Source of the DNA: Anolis carolinensis
Lineage: Eukaryota
Reading direction: 5' to 3'
NCBI RefSeq assembly: GCF_035594765.1
Contig: NW_026943831.1
Span: 1,043,075 to 1,107,074, forward strand
Length of the DNA stretch: 64,000 nt
Shown: one piece after another, positions 35,811-49,994 of the stretch
Numbering within the stretch: the first letter of the stretch is position 1
Layout: each line of letters opens with the position of its first letter
Position numbers and translations under genes: made by a program
Notes under the pieces: generated by a model
Database searches by the model: none
The model's input: the letters and a program-made list of their open reading frames with translations, nothing else
What the model was told of the DNA's origin: nothing

Positions 35811-36964
35811 ATATTGAAACTCAGAACTTAATATTGCTGAGCTATTTTATCATATTGTGGTGGTGTTGCAGAATAGCCAAGATACAGGTCATGGTTTCAG
35901 ATACATGTGATGCTGGAAGACATTTTGTACATTTACCATGAGACCAAAGTTTTGGTTTTTAAGAATGCTGGATAATCAATCTCATAAGAAGATTACTACA
36001 AGGGTCACTCCAAAAGTCATCCAGAACATTTTTTTAAAATCCCATTTTTATTCTACATCTGTTCTAAGGGCACAGAATAATCCTTCGCACTTCTATTCAA
36101 ATTTAATTCAACCAGCTCCTGCATACAATGTTGTTGTATCGCTCCTCCAAGATGGCTTCTTCTTTTGGTGTCCATCGGAAGGAACATGCTGCAATTGAGT
36201 TCCTGATTTGTGAGAATGAGACAGCGGACAGGTTATCTACTGGAAAGGACATGCCAATTTTCAGGATGCTCCATGAATTATTCTATGATTCTATGAAGCA
36301 GCATACCACACACCGGACAAACAACTGACAATGTGGAGCACGTGAGCGACTTCTGACATGGGAAGGACTGTATCTCATGGAAGTTGGAAGGAATGTTTTC
36401 GCTGAGAGACTCGCAAAGCTGATCAGGTGAACTTTAATTGTGTGGGGGAGGGTGAAAATATCCTTGGAACAGTAGTTTATCAAGGCTTTATCCCCTGTCC
36501 CACTCAATCCTACCTTTAACGTCACCTTAGGAGATATTGGGACACTCATCCAGGCACTTTATTGAATAACTTAGTTATTACGCACTTTGCTTTGACCCCC
36601 CCCCCCCCCCCATTTTATTCCTTTGTCTCTTTGGTGGTGAAACTGAAATTGTTTTTAAACTTTCTATCTTGTTTTATGTATTTGTACAATGGTGCTTGAA
36701 TTTGTTTTTGATTTTATACTGCTTTGTTATTTTATTGTTTTGCTTATATTTTAACTTGTTGATACTTTGTCTTTTTCTTGGCTTGGCTCCATGTTAGCTG
36801 CCGCGAGTCCCTTCAGGGAGATGGTGGCGGGATACAAAAATAAAGTATTATTATTATATTATTGAAGGGAACAAAAAAAGTACCAGGTAGCGAGAGGACA
36901 ATAATTTCAAGTAAACAACTATGGGGAACATCCCATGAGCGAGCAAAAAGTCGAAATTATAATA

Positions 36965-37335
36965 CCATATATGCTCGAGTATAAGCCAACCCTAATATAA
37001 GCCAAGGCACCTAATGTTAACACACAAAAAACTGGGAAAACATTGATTCCAGTATAAGCCGAGGGTGGTAAATTTCAGAAATAAAGATAGCAATAAAATT
37101 ACATTAATTGAGGCATCAGTAGGTTAAATGTTTTTGAATATTTACATAAAGCTCAAATTTAAGATAAGACTGTCCAACTCTGATCAAATAATTATTCTCA
37201 TCTTCTTCAATGTAAATGTGCTTATGTATCTTTTTAATAATAATAAAGTAAAATAATACATGTAATAATAAATAGAGTAAAATAATAAATGCAATAATAA
37301 TAAGATCAGAGTGAAATAATAAATGTATTATTATT

Positions 37336-37375
<40 letters not shown>

Positions 37376-37527
37376 GAGAAAAATAATAAATGTACCATAT
37401 ATTATCGAGTATAAGCTGACCCAAATATAAGCCAACCAGTACCCTCACCCGAGTATAAGCTGAGGGGGGCTTTTTCAGTCTTAAAAAAAAGGGTTGAAAA
37501 ACTAGGCTTATACTCGAGTATATACAG
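36965..37527. mobile_element. Tc1/mariner-superfamily MITE
   Basis: Same family as 14645-15176. Confidence 0.8.
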
Positions 37528-38501
37528 TACATAATTAATAGAAATGACCTGCAAAATTATCAGAAGGCAATTTATCATTTTCTCCGACAGCCAATTGGGT
37601 AAAACAGTGACAGAAGTCTTGGGCTTCCTGGCCAGGAGCAAGTGCCGGATGATCTCCAGGGACAAGGTTCTGGCGTGAGCCACTTCATCTTGGGACTAGG
37701 ACACTCTCAGACCTGAAAGGACAGCCTTCAAGTTGGGAAAGCTCTTCTCCAGGATCCCCCAAAGTCGATCTCAGTTGTACTTCTTGAAGTTGGGGAGGCG
37801 ATCCTTAGAGGTCAGAAAGGCCTGGTGGGCCATCACAAACCTCAGAGTTTTAGAGTGTCATGTCTATGGAAATCTTTGGGCAAAATGTTACTGTCCACTT
37901 TGCTGGTGTGCAGGCACTCTATCCAAGCGGCCAAAATCTGCCTCTCTTGAGAAAGGGTCTTGGAAGCCTCAGAAAGCCTGACTTCCAAATCGGCCACTTC
38001 TTCCTCCTCCATGCTTTGGAAACTGGTGTCATATTGTTGTATCAGATATTTTTAGTCACCAGCTTTTCTGGATCTTTTTGCCCTTCTTGCCCAACATCTT
38101 CCTCTTTCTCTTCGCTGCTTTCTGCAGAACTCTGCAGGGAAGAGATGCCAGGCAGCTGCATGGCCCTCTCCCTTGGCAGCTTAAAGGAAAGCCCTTCCAT
38201 CCTCTTCTTCATCTCCGTGCTCTGAGGTGGGATTGATGGGGTCTGAGTGCCCTCTAGGAGCCCCTTTCTCTGTGTCTGCAGGGCCCTGCCTTTCCGTCTC
38301 CTGGGACTTTCCCCTTCTTTTTAAAAAATTTGGGACCTTTCTTCTTCTGGGTCTTGCCTTGGTTTTAAAGGGGAGCGGTCACCATCTTCACTCAATGTCT
38401 CACCCTGCAAAGCAGTTCCCCTTTGCGTCTTGCGCTTCTCCTGCTGCCTGAGGTTTCCTGCCAAGTCTTCTCTTTGTCTTTTAAAATGGTCCAATAACAT
38501 A

Positions 38502-39783
38502 CGAGGGACGTTCATTAAAGATTTTCCCTGACCCACTTCCTGTGGACGGAGACCATTGAAACTTGGCACAGTGATTCCTCCTTCTCTCCATAGGTGCCAC
38601 GTAGGGACACACACTTCTCCCATCTTTTGAACCAACTGTCAGCTTGTAGAAGTGGACAGGTTGCGCCAAAAGCCATGCTGTGGCTTCGGAAATCAGAGCC
38701 TCATCATCTGAAAAAGGCTTGCCCTTCAAAAATAACTTCATTTTTGGAAAGAGGTGGAAGTCCGGTGGTGCGAGGTCAGTCAGGTGAATAAGGAAGATGC
38801 GGTAGAATGTGAGAGCCACCAGAGCATGCTTCCATTTGGGCAGTGGTGCATTGCCTTGCAGAAGGATACCTTTGGTGAGCATGCCACGTGTCTCTTGATT
38901 TTGATCCCCCCCCCCCCCCGCAATTTCCGCAGCAGTGAAGCATCGTCTGCCCCCAATAATCATGTTGCCCTTTGCTAGGAAATCCATCCATACTACTCTG
39001 TGCTGATCCGAAAATACTGTGAGGAGGACCTTGCCTGCCGAGAGTTGGGCACGTGCCTTCTTTGGAGGCAGTGAGTCGTGATGCTTCTGTTGCATCAACT
39101 GGACTCTAGTCTCAGGATCATAGTGACGAACCCAGCTTTCATCTTGTGGGATCCGTCTGTTGACAAAGTCTTCCTGGTTCCTATGGCACATCATTGTTAA
39201 CAGAGCCTGAGAGCATTTGACTTGTTCCTGCTTCTGGAAAGGTGTGAGCAGCCAGGGAACCCAGCGAGCAGATACCTTCTGCATGTGAAGATGGTCTTGG
39301 GTTATTTTTTTCCATGGACCCCACACTCCTCTTGACATTTTGGGTTAGGTGGTGAATGGTTGCGCAAGCAGTCTTCCAAAATGGGGACCTCCACTTGCTA
39401 AATAGTGTGTTCATCAATAGCAGAGTGGGATCACCCTGGAATTGGAGCTGTTTGCACCAAAGTCCGACCACATTAGTGCCAGTTCTTGACTACGTCATAC
39501 ATTGGGAAGCCATCACCACAAACCTCTTTCATCTCATCAAACATGTCCTTTGGTGTGCGGCCGGCCTTTCAAGTCAAGGAACTTGAGGACTGCGCTGGAT
39601 TCCACTGGGTCCATGATCAAGCCTCACTCCACTTTCACATCTGTACATTCAAGACAATTAATCAGTTCTGAGTTGTAATTTGGCATGGAACCTATAGAGA
39701 CGTATATCATGACACATGTGCAGTTTCAGCCTCCTGTGATAAATAGAAGTGGGTCAAGGGAAATCTTTAATGAATGCCCTTCA
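38502..39783 (-). mobile_element. Full-length degenerate mariner transposon
   Basis: About 1.28 kb, inverted termini, TA flanks; WVPWLL, DESW and PYSPD/LAPPDFHLF motifs with frameshifts. Confidence 0.92.
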
Positions 39784-40629
39784 TACATCTCCTTTCCCTA
39801 TATCCCTCTATGTCCCCTCTGGCTTCTGTATTGAAAAAAATTAATACATTTTCTATTTTACAAAAAAGAGTTGCAATATTCCAAGGATTGTTGGGCCTTC
39901 CTCGTTCAACTCTTGAATACATTCCTTATTCTGGTCAATGCCCAATTCCACTTTGCTTCTGCTTTCTCTTAATGTTGGATCTTTTTGCAAAAATTCTCTG
40001 AAACCTGTTGGTTCAGCGTAGGCAGTCTCATGGTCAGAGAAATCAATGTTCTCGGGGATTAATTGTAGGGATTCCTGTACTTTACTTACATCCCAATTAT
40101 ATGCTTTATTTTCCTTGTTGTCATTGAGAAAGTTTGCAAAAATTCCTCTTCCTGGGCTTGAGTTTTCTCCCGTGAGGGAGATAAGCGTTCCCAAAGTCTC
40201 TCTTCTTCCAAGCTTCTCTTGTTGCTAAAACCCACACTTCAACCTTTATCCATAATGCTTGGATCAGGTTTGCACTGAGTTTTCTGTGAGGAACATCTCC
40301 TATAATGGCCTCTACTTCTGAGGAGCGTTTTCCAGGCTTGGGCCTGGGCCTGGAAAGACCCAAGAAGCCTTGGTTCCTGGCTCTGGATTGAAATTTGAGG
40401 AAAGTTTGGCCTTTGTGCTTAACTCTTCCAACGACCACCTTTTATACATGAGGCAGTTTTCCTTCTAGACTTGGTGGGATTGTTGAGGCTCAGATGCAGT
40501 ATCCCTTTTTAAAGAAGGCAAACCCAGTAGAATCCCTAAGTCTCGGTTTTCCAATGAAGGAACTAGGAGGCAGAGGAAATAGAAATATACAGATTTATTT
40601 GCAACTAGAGCTGTGAGTGACCATCCTGA

Positions 40630-41369
40630 TATTGTGACTCAGCCACAGCATAGCCAGAGTGAGGATGAAGAAGGGGATTCTGGGTTTCAGATACAAGAGC
40701 CAGATGAGCTGCAGGATGAATTTCAGGAGGATGGCATGGGAATAATACAGGCTGATTCAGAGGCTCGAGAAATGCAGCTTGAACAGAATGAGCTGTTGAC
40801 CCAGCCGACCCAGCCGGCCATAGATAACAGTCAGGATGACATTCCCATGGGAATTAATGAGCAAGAGATGTCTCAAGCCCCGGTGTCGGTTCAGGTGCGA
40901 GATAACGAAGACCTTGAAGGGGCGCCGTCATTATCTAGGGAGGACTGTCTGTTAAGGAAGGGAGTTTAGCCTTGTAGGAATGTAAGGTTGGTGGGAATGA
41001 GAGAGGCCTCCTCAGGAAAAAGAAATGCATTTTTGGGTTGCTTTTAAAAGTGTGTGTTTTGAGATAGATCTTTGTCAATGCAAATTCTCGCTTCATCTGT
41101 GTGGATGTTCCTGCTTCATGCTTAAGAAAAGATTATTTATTGTTCCTGGATTTTTGAAACCTTTGGGCCTTTGTTCTTTGGGATCTATCATCTACTGTTT
41201 TGGCTTATGGACTTGTGGATTATTATGACTCATGAACTATTGGATTTCTATTGACCTTTTTACTGCCTGCTTTGATTTATATCTGCTTTTGCTCAATAAA
41301 ACTACAAAAGACTTTCTCCTGTGTCTGACTGGGTGTCTAAAGCAAGGTGAACTATTCTGAGGTGCGACA
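40630..41369 (+). mobile_element. Solo LTR (family B relative)
   Basis: T(A)TTGTGACTCAGCC...GAGGTGCGACA, 5-bp TSD CCTGA, AATAAA ~41295. Confidence 0.85.
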
Positions 41370-42159
41370 CCTGAAAGGAAGGTGGAACACTGACTGAGAT
41401 TTCACATAGGGTTTTTATAATATTTTGCAGGTACAGTTCACTTCACAAACATCCTTGTTCTCACGCCCCCTCCTTCTTTCACCTTGTTTCATCCTGCACA
41501 AGGCACCATTGGGTCAGACATTTATCAAAACAACAAATGTCCACCTATAAAAATCAAAGTGGAACGAAACACCATCTCTGTCCCTCACATCTAAGACGGT
41601 TGTTCCTGAGGTTTTCTTGCCCTGCCTGTATGTGTGAGTTCCTGGTCAATTGGTTTCCTTTGCATTCCAAGGAAGGCGATGGGCTTGTTTATTACTGTTA
41701 TTTGGTGGCGTTTATGGCAAACACTTCTGGTTGATCTCTTCGGACACTTAAGAAGACTATTTAATCAAACTATTCTTAATATCATTGCCATTTATGAATC
41801 AAATCAAATCAGGCTCCTTGTGTCTCTTCCAGGTGGATGGGTTGCAATTTTGCTGTTAAGCACTTCCGTTGGGTTTGCCGTTCCTGGAAACCACAATGCC
41901 TGAAAAATTGCTTTAAAACCTGGCAGGAATGTTGCCCCTTGTGTTTTCACTGAATAATTTTAAATGTTTTTGAGGATTTCTAAAGATTGCATGTTATGTG
42001 TTGTTCCTGGTTTTTGGCATTGAATGTTTGCCAGTGTGTTTTTTATTATAAGCCGCCCCGAGTCCCCTCAGGGATATAAAATAAAGTTGTATTATTATTT
42101 ATTATTTGCACTAAGTCTGAACCGTCTTTTAAGTCTATTTCCTTGCGGAAAAGACATCA

Positions 42160-42340
42160 ACATGAGACAAAATATATTGGCGAACAAGAAAAAAGCCATT
42201 GCAAAAATGTATGCAATACTATTGGAGTGGAGTACAGAGAAAGAACTGATAAAGGGATGCATGATCAAATGGGAAAATAATATTGGCAGGACAATTACTT
42301 TAAACGAATGGGAGACACTGTGGAATAAGAAGTTAAATTA
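42160..42340 (+). mobile_element. L1 ORF2 fragment
   Basis: IAKMYAILLEW...MIKWENNIGRTITLNEWETLW resembles the reptile L1 ORF2 C-terminal region. Confidence 0.55.
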
Positions 42341-42639
42341 TGTCGGGAAATGGTTAAATTGAGACTCAATGACCTCCGGGTCTCCGTTCTCTCTCTGATG
42401 ATCTGGCGAAACTACTCAGACTCAGTCGCACGGAAATAAATAATCAGACTTCCCAGATGTCAACTGAAACCGGCGGCTTTTACTTTATTGCAGTTTTGTA
42501 CAATATATACACAGTTTGTCGGAGGTTAGCATTTGTCTGCATGGGAAGCACTGTAACCTCCCACATCCCACTACATGACAAACGTTATATTACTTATATG
42601 TATAATATTATTATATATTATATTATCATAATATAATAA

Positions 42640-43105
42640 TCTATATATATAAAAGAGTGATGGCATCACGGCGACCCACAAAACAACAAAACTACAGGCC
42701 CCCCAACCTCTAAATTTGACAACATAACCCATCATCCACGCCTCTAGGTTGATACAACAAAAAGAAAAGAAAAATAAAGTCCTAATTAGAGAGAGAGGAA
42801 TAATTGCTTTTATCCAATTGCTGCCAGTTAGAAGGCTAAGCTCCTCCAACTTGGTCTCCTAGCAACCCAATAAAAAATAATAATAAACACTAAAAAATAA
42901 TTAAAAACACTAAAAAATCAATACAATAAAATACTATAACAGAAAATAACTAAAAATAATACAAGAAAATAATAAAATATAATAAAAAGATAACTTACAA
43001 TAAAATTTATTTAAAAAATACAAATAACGTCAAATAAAAATTGCACAATTTTTAACCAATACCACCACCACTTTGCCACAGCAACGCGTGGCCGGGCACA
43101 GCTAG
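42640..43105 (+). mobile_element. Non-autonomous Helitron
   Basis: A|TC...CTAG|T termini. Confidence 0.85.
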
Positions 43106-43133
43106 TATTTATATATAATTACCTTATAACACA

Positions 43134-43340
43134 GGGAGCAGCCAGGCTTTGAAGCTGCAAGGCCATTCATCCTAGATTTCCTGTTTTTCCTCCACCACAG
43201 ACACTTAGCTTCCCAACAGACCGCACAGCCTCCGAGGGTGCCTGCCATGGGTGTGGGCGAAATGTCAGGAGAGAATGCTTCTGGAATATAGCCAGGAAAA
43301 AACTCACAGCAACCCAGTGATGCCGGCCATGAAAGCCTTC
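43134..43340 (+). mobile_element. Penelope terminal-repeat fragment with a decayed hammerhead
   Basis: Homologous to 600-868. Confidence 0.7.
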
Positions 43341-43539
43341 CCTGGGCAACAGTCCTAGGTTTAATTGCATTGTAGTTTCTGTGGGGGTAGGTTTTAAAGG
43401 GCGCGTTGGGTTGTTTTGAGCGCCATTGGCCATTTCCAGGCTCTTTTTTAAAGAGAAGGGGAAAGAAGATCCATGAGCAAGAGAAGCGACCAGAACCACG
43501 GCCGGACCTCTGCCGGGAGGGCTTTGCCCGTGCGCCGCC

Positions 43540-43749
43540 TTCTGTCCCCAACGGGCGCTCGCGGGGACGGGGCGGGGCCAGGAGGAGCGCGGCCAATCAG
43601 GGACGCGCGGGCTAGCCGGGCCCCGCCCCCTCCTCCCTCCCTGTTGCCAGGCAGACTTCGCTCCGGCCTGCCCTGAGAGGCGGGAAAAAGAAGAGCCGGC
43701 CAGAAGCGAAGCGAAGCGAAGCGAAGCGCAATCCTCCGCGGGCTCCCAG
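43540..43749 (+). promoter_or_regulatory. CpG-island promoter and non-coding first exon of zinc-finger gene 2
   Basis: GC boxes, CCAAT at 43593, (GAAGC)5 repeat, donor CAG|GTAGGA at 43750. Confidence 0.7.
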
Positions 43750-43903
43750 GTAGGAAGGGCGGGAGAGGCCAGCCTCCTCCGGCCTCCTCCGGGTGACCTT
43801 CGCCGCTTTTGTATTCCTTCGTGCGGCCTTTTCTCTCCTGAGGGATCCTGAGGCCTTGTCCGTTAGTTACCTCATCTCGACTGACTCAGCCACAGTTGAG
43901 GGC

Positions 43904-44057
43904 AGGCCTGAGCCAACTTCGGCCCTCCCTCCCTCCGGGTGTTTTGGACTACAACTCCCACAATAACTCCTAAGAGCCGGTAGGCTCTTAGTAGTTATTG
44001 TGGGAGTTGTAGTCCAAAACACCCGGAGGGAGGGAGGGCCGAAGTTGGCCCAGGCCT
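43904..44057. mobile_element. Palindromic hAT-like MITE
   Basis: Near-perfect ~154-nt hairpin. Confidence 0.8.
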
Positions 44058-44230
44058 CGTTTAGAACAGGATGACAGTTAGAAGTCGGTTGAGCCCTGAG
44101 TGCGCCTGAAGCTCCTGTCAGAAACGTTGAGGCTTGTGTTTATCTCTCAAAGTAGACCCATATTGAAGAGAGCTGCATAGAGCAATACGGTTCATGAAGA
44201 GACTGTTCAGGAATCATCATAATAATATTA

Positions 44231-47163
44231 CAGTAGAGTCTCACTTATCCAACATTCGCTTATCCAACGTTCTGGATTATCCAACTCAGTTTGCCTCCCT
44301 CCCGGATCCACAACTGTTTCTCTAGGCAGCAAGGATTGAACTTTAATGGATTTAATTTCCAACAATGTTGCTACTGTGAGTTCATTTTATGCAATTCTAT
44401 CTTTATTTGTAGTCAAAGGGTTAGTAGCCAATTTTTTTTAGTCAGTGTTTTCAATAGAATCATAGAATCATAGAATCATAGAATAGTAGAGTTGGAAGAG
44501 ACCTCATGGGCCATCCAGTCCAACCCCCTGCCAAGAAGCAGGAAATCGCATTCAAAGCACCCCCGACAGATGGCCATCCAGCCTCTGCTTAAAAGCCTCC
44601 AAGGAAGGAGCCTCCACCACAGCCCGGGGGAGAGAGTTCCACTGTCGAACAGCCCTCACAGTGAGGAAGTTCTTCCTGATGTTCAGGTGGAATCTCCTTT
44701 CCTGTAGTTTGAAGCCATTGTTCCGTGTCCTAGTCTGCAGGGCAGCAGAAAACAAGCTCCCTCCCTCCTCCCTAGGACTTCCCTTCACGTATTTGTACAT
44801 GGCTATCGTGTCTCCTCTCAGCCTTCTCTTCTGCAGGCTAAACATGCCAAGCTCTTTAAGCCGCTCCTCATAGGGCTTGTTCTCCAGACCCTTCATCATT
44901 TTAGTCGCCCTCCTCTGGACGCTTTCCAGCTTGTCAACATCTCCCTTCAACTGTGGTGCCCAAAATTGGACACAGTATTCCAGTTGTGGTCTGACCAAGG
45001 CAGAATAGAATAGGGGGGAGCAGGACTTCCCTGGATCTAGACGCTATTCCCCTATTGATGCAGGCCAGAATCCCGTTGGCTTTTTTAGCTGCTGCATCAC
45101 ATTGTTGGCTCATGTTTAACTTGTTCCCCGCGAGGACTCCAAGGTCTTTTTCGCACACACTGCTGTCAAGCCAGGCATCGTCCCCCATTCTGTATCTTTG
45201 ATTTCCATTTTTTCTGCCGAAATGAAGTATCTTGCATTTGTCCCTGTTGAACTTCATTTTGTTAGTTTCGGCCCATCTCTCTAGTCTGTCAAGATCATTT
45301 TGAATTCTGCTCCTGTCTTCTGGAGTGTTAGCTATCCCTCCCAGTTTTGTGTCGTCTGCAAACTTGATGATCGTGCCTTCTAACCCTTCGTCTAAGTCGT
45401 TAATAAAGATGTTGAACAGAACCGGGCCCAGGACGGAGCCCTGCGGCACTCCACTTGTCACTTCTTTCCATGATGAAGATGACGCATTGGTGAGCACCCT
45501 TTGGGTTCGTTCGCTTAGCCAATTGCAGATCCACCTAACCGTAGTTTTGTCTAGCCCACATTTTACTAGTTTATTTGCCAGAAGGTCGTGGGGGACTTTG
45601 TCGAAGGCCTTACTGAAATCCAGGTAGGCTACATCCACAGCATTCCCTGTATCGACCCAACTCGTAACTCTATCGAAAAAAGAGATCAGATTAGTCTGGC
45701 ATGACTTGTTTTTGGTAAATCCGTGTTGACTATTAGCAATGACCGCATTTGTTTCTAAGTGTTTGCAGACCACTTCCTTAATGAACTTTTCCAGAATTTT
45801 GCCTGGTATCGATGTGAGGCTGACCGGACGGTAATTGTTTGGGTCGTTCTTTTTTCCCTTCTTGAAGATAGGGACAACATTCGCCCTCCCCCAATCTGCT
45901 GGGACTTCTCCCGTTCTCCAAGAACTCTCGAAGATAATTGCTAGTGGTTCTGAAATAACTTCCGCTAATTCCTTCAATACTCTTGGATGTAGCTGATCTG
46001 GCCCTGGGGACTTGAATTCGTTTAGAGAGGCCAGGTGTTCCTGGACAACTTGTTTCCCTATTTGGGGTTGGAGTTCCCCCAATCCTTCGCCCATTACATG
46101 TTGCTGAGGTTGAAGATGGCTTTCTTTTTGTGAGAAGACCAAGGCAAAGAAGGCATTGAGCAGTTCTGCCTTTTCCCTGTCCCCTGTCGCCATCACCCCA
46201 TCTTCTCCTTGCAGAGGCCCTATCGCCTCCTTTTTCTTCCTTTTTCTACCAACGTAAGCAAAAAAGCCTTTTTTGTTGTTTTTTATGTCCCTGGCAAGCC
46301 TGAGCTCATTTTGTGCTTTAGCCTTGCGAACCTTTTCCCTACAGGTGTTGGCTATACGTTTGAATTCTTCTTTGGTGATTTCTCCCCTTTTCCACTTCTT
46401 GTGCATGTCACTTTTGAGCTTTAGCTCAGTTAGAAGTTCTTTGGACATCCATTCTGGCTTCTTTGCACTTGTCTTATTTTTCTTCTTTGTTGGCACTGTT
46501 TGCATTTGCGCCTTGAGTATTTCACTTTTGAAAAACTCCCATCCATCCTTAACTCCCTTGTTTTTTAATATTGGTGTCCATGGAATGCCGCTCAGTAATT
46601 CCTTCATTTTTTGGAAGTCAGCTCTCTTAAAGTCGAGAATGCGTGTTTGACTTGTCTTAGTTTCAGCATTCCTTTGTATTGCAAACTCCAGGAGCACATG
46701 GTCACTTGCCCCTAAGGATCCCACCACTTCAACTGTATTGATCAGGTCTTCCACATTTGTTAAGATTAGATCAAGAGTTGCTGATCCTCTTGTTGCCTCT
46801 TCTACCTTCTGGACCATAAAGTTGTCTGCAAGGCAAGTGAGGAATTTGTTGGACTTTGTACTCTTGGCTGAGTTTGTTTTCCAGCAGATATCGGAATAAT
46901 TGAAATCGCCCATGACTACTATGCGATATATTCATAATTACTGTATTCATAAATACAGTAATTACTACATAATGTTATCGTGTATTTAACTGCTTTTTCT
47001 GTCGATTTGTTGTAAAACATGATGGTTTTGGTGCTTAATTTTTAAAATCATAATGTAATTTGATATTTAATAGGCTTTTCCTTAATCCCTTCTTATTATC
47101 CAACATTTTCGCTTATCCAACGTTCTGCTGGCCTGTTTATGTTGGATAAGTGAGACTCTACTG
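44231..47163. mobile_element. Tc1/mariner MITE split by a CR1 insertion
   Basis: TIR arms at 44231 and 47163. Confidence 0.75.
44454..46922 (-). mobile_element. CR1 LINE, 5'-truncated ORF2 (APE C-terminus and RT)
   Basis: 659-aa ORF with GDFN, ASDH, YLDFSKAFD, GVPQGSVLGP, KFADD; (ATTCTATG)n tail; one frameshift near 45000. Confidence 0.95.
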
Positions 47164-47519
47164 TATAATAATCACTTTATTTGTGTACCCCGCCTCCATC
47201 TCCCCAGAGGGACGCGGGGCGGCTCACATGGGCTCGAGCCCAGGTAAATACAATAAACAAAATAAAACACATCGAAAGAAAGAAAAAACGCGAGCAGTTA
47301 CAAAACTTTACACATTAACATATAAAGATAAAATGGCAAGCTTAATAGAACACGATTTAAACACCAAAATAAAGGTCATAAAACGAACTGGCCAAAAGTG
47401 CACAGAGTGCGTTTTGTAAACACATAAAGTGTATATCAGTTTAATATACTAAAAGAAATGGTCCATTATCATGACATACAGGAAGTTAAAATTAAATACC
47501 TGAAGTTATAAGTAAACAA

Positions 47520-47950
47520 GGAGCCCTCGGTGGTGCAGTGTGTTAAAGCGCAGAGCTGCTGAACTTGCAGACCGAAAGGTCGCGGGTTCAAATCCGTGGA
47601 GCGGAGTGAGCGCCCGCTGTTAGCCCCAGCTTCTACCAACCTAGCAGTTTGAAAACATGCAAATGTGAGTAGATGAATAGGTAATAATAATAATAATAAA
47701 ACTTTATACCCCGCCACCATCTCCCAGTGGGCACTCAGGGCGGCTCACAATGTTACAAAAGTAACAGCACAAATCCATTAACAATATACACAGGTGACAG
47801 CGCTCCATGCAGTCATGCCGGCAACATGACCTTGGAGTGGAGTGAGGAGGTGTCTACGGTCAACGCCGGCTGTTTGGCTTAGAAATGGAGATGAGCACCA
47901 ACCCCCAGAGTCGGACACGACTAGACTTAAAGTCAGGGGAAACCTTTACC
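47520..47950 (+). mobile_element. Sauria SINE with an internal L2-tail insertion
   Basis: 13-bp TSD TATAAGTAAACAA. Confidence 0.88.
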
Positions 47951-48087
47951 TATAAGTAAACAAACATTGTTATTGTTGTTTAATTGGGCTTTTGCACAAT
48001 TAAAACTTTTGTACCAGTTGCACCGATACCTTTGGAAGTCAGACTTGGCCATGGTGGTCCACGCTCTCATTACATCCAGGATAGACT

Positions 48088-48464
48088 TACTTACTTAGGT
48101 GATCCCTCGTAGTTCAAGGATGATGGTCCTCCATTTCTTGGAAGACGCCTGTGTGTGATTTTTTTTAATGTGTGGAGGTCGGTGCACGGCCGGTCAACAC
48201 ACAGTCTTCGCAGATTGAGGTCCCAGCAGTGGTGTGGCTTCTCAGTCTGTTGCATCCTTCTTCCGCCTTCACAGCCGTTGTAACATGTACCATGTTATCC
48301 TCCGCCTGCTCCGCCGCTGAGGTCTTTGGGTCTTCGGATTGTTCTTCGTCTGGATCCTCCCCTGTGGCCACTTCTGGGAGTATGTGACTCCCGTGGTTGT
48401 GCCCTCAGGTTCATTGGAACACGCAAGCCCCGTCACCACGTCAAGGTGACAATCCATCGAAGGG
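48088..48464 (-). mobile_element. Short RTE-like non-autonomous element inserted in an L2 fragment
   Basis: (TAAG)n tail, TSD CCAGGATAGACT, 5' motif CACCTTGACGTGGTG. Confidence 0.65.
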
Positions 48465-48532
48465 GCCAGGATAGACTACTGCAATGCACTCTACATGGGG
48501 TTGCCTTTGAAGACGGTTCAGAAGCTTTAAAT

Positions 48533-48746
48533 CAGTGGTTCCCAAACTTATTTGGCCTGCCGCCTCCTTTTCAGTAAAAATATTACTCAGTGCCCCCTAG
48601 AAATTAATATTTTTAAAATTTTAATAGCAATTAAACAGAAAGATATATGTATTAATGAATATGACAAATGCACCTGTGGCCATCACCGCCCCCGGATCAC
48701 TGCAGCACCCACCAGGGGGCGGTAGTGCCCACTTTGGGAATCACTG
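48533..48746. mobile_element. hAT MITE
   Basis: CAGTGGTTCCCAAA / TTTGGGAATCACTG; TSD CTTTAAAT / CTTTACAT. Confidence 0.8.
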
Positions 48747-49994
48747 CTTTACATGGTCCAACGAGAGGCAGCCAGGTTAATAACTGAGGCGGCGTACTGG
48801 GAGCACACCACTGCCATGTTGTGTCAGCTCCATTGGTGTCTCTTAACTCCCGAGCACAATTCAATGTGCTGGCTCTGGCCTCTAAAGCCCTAAACGGCCC
48901 CGTCCCAGTTTACCTGTCCAAACGTATCTCCCTCTATGAACCACCTTGGAGATTAAGACCTTCTGCGGAGGCCCTGCTCTCGGTCCCACCACCGTCACAG
49001 GCGCGATTGGCGGGGACGAGAGAGAGACAGGGCCTTCCTTCTCAGGGAGGATCTGCGATCCTAACTGGTTGTGATCCATTCTCCACCCCAATACTTCCCT
49101 CCAGATGTTTTGCACTGCAACTCCTACAATAACTCCTAAGAGCTGGTAGGCTGTTAGGAATTGTGGGAGTTGAAGTCCAAAACACCTGGAGGGAGGGCCC
49201 AAGTTGGCCCGAGCCTGGACTAGATGGCCCATGGGGTCTCTTCCACCTCTACGATTCTAAGACCATACCATACCTCAAAAAGCCTGACTTGGCCATGGTG
49301 GTCCCCGCCTTGTTACGTCTAGAATGGACTACTGCAATGCACACTAAGTGGGGCTGCCTTTGAAGACAGCTCGGAAACAGCAGTTAGTGCAGAGTCAGAT
49401 TGCTAACGGGAGCACACCATGCCCCTACTAAAGCAACTCCGCTGGCTGCCGATGAATTTCTGGGCTCAATTCAAAGTGCAGGTTATCACCTATAAAGCCC
49501 TGGAAGGCAGAGCTCCTCCCACCTGGCTTGCTGTTTGGCCTGCCTGCTGGGCCACACCGCCAGGACTTCTGCCTGAGGCCCACTCTGACCCCCCCTCCCC
49601 CCAACTGGGCCCACTAGTCATATGCAACTCTTCTCTCGTTTTAATGTGTTCTATGCTGTGTGTTTTGTTCTCAGCCACACTGCAGGCTCCTTGGGTGGAT
49701 ACCAGTCGCTCTGGAATCGACGCGCAGGACTCTGGGAGGGCTACCAGAACTGTCTAGTTGGCTACCAGGCAGTCCCCTGGTGGGAGCAACTATTTAGCCT
49801 GATTGGATGGTGTGTTATCTGTAAGTATTGTTGTGTTAATGTCTCACAATTTGTCTCTTGTTTTTTTCCCCCTTTTTTGTTTGTTTGTTTGTTTGTTTTT
49901 TGGTTGTTTGTCCCTGCATTTTTTTTAATCCAATGTATATGGAACTGGGGCAGGGCAGCAAAGCGAGTTCTGTCAGGCAGAGGGAGGTACTGTA

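Noticed and set aside
42341-42580. Short TGTC...GACA segment resembling a solo LTR
   Set aside because: No target-site duplication and no second copy in the window to support it.
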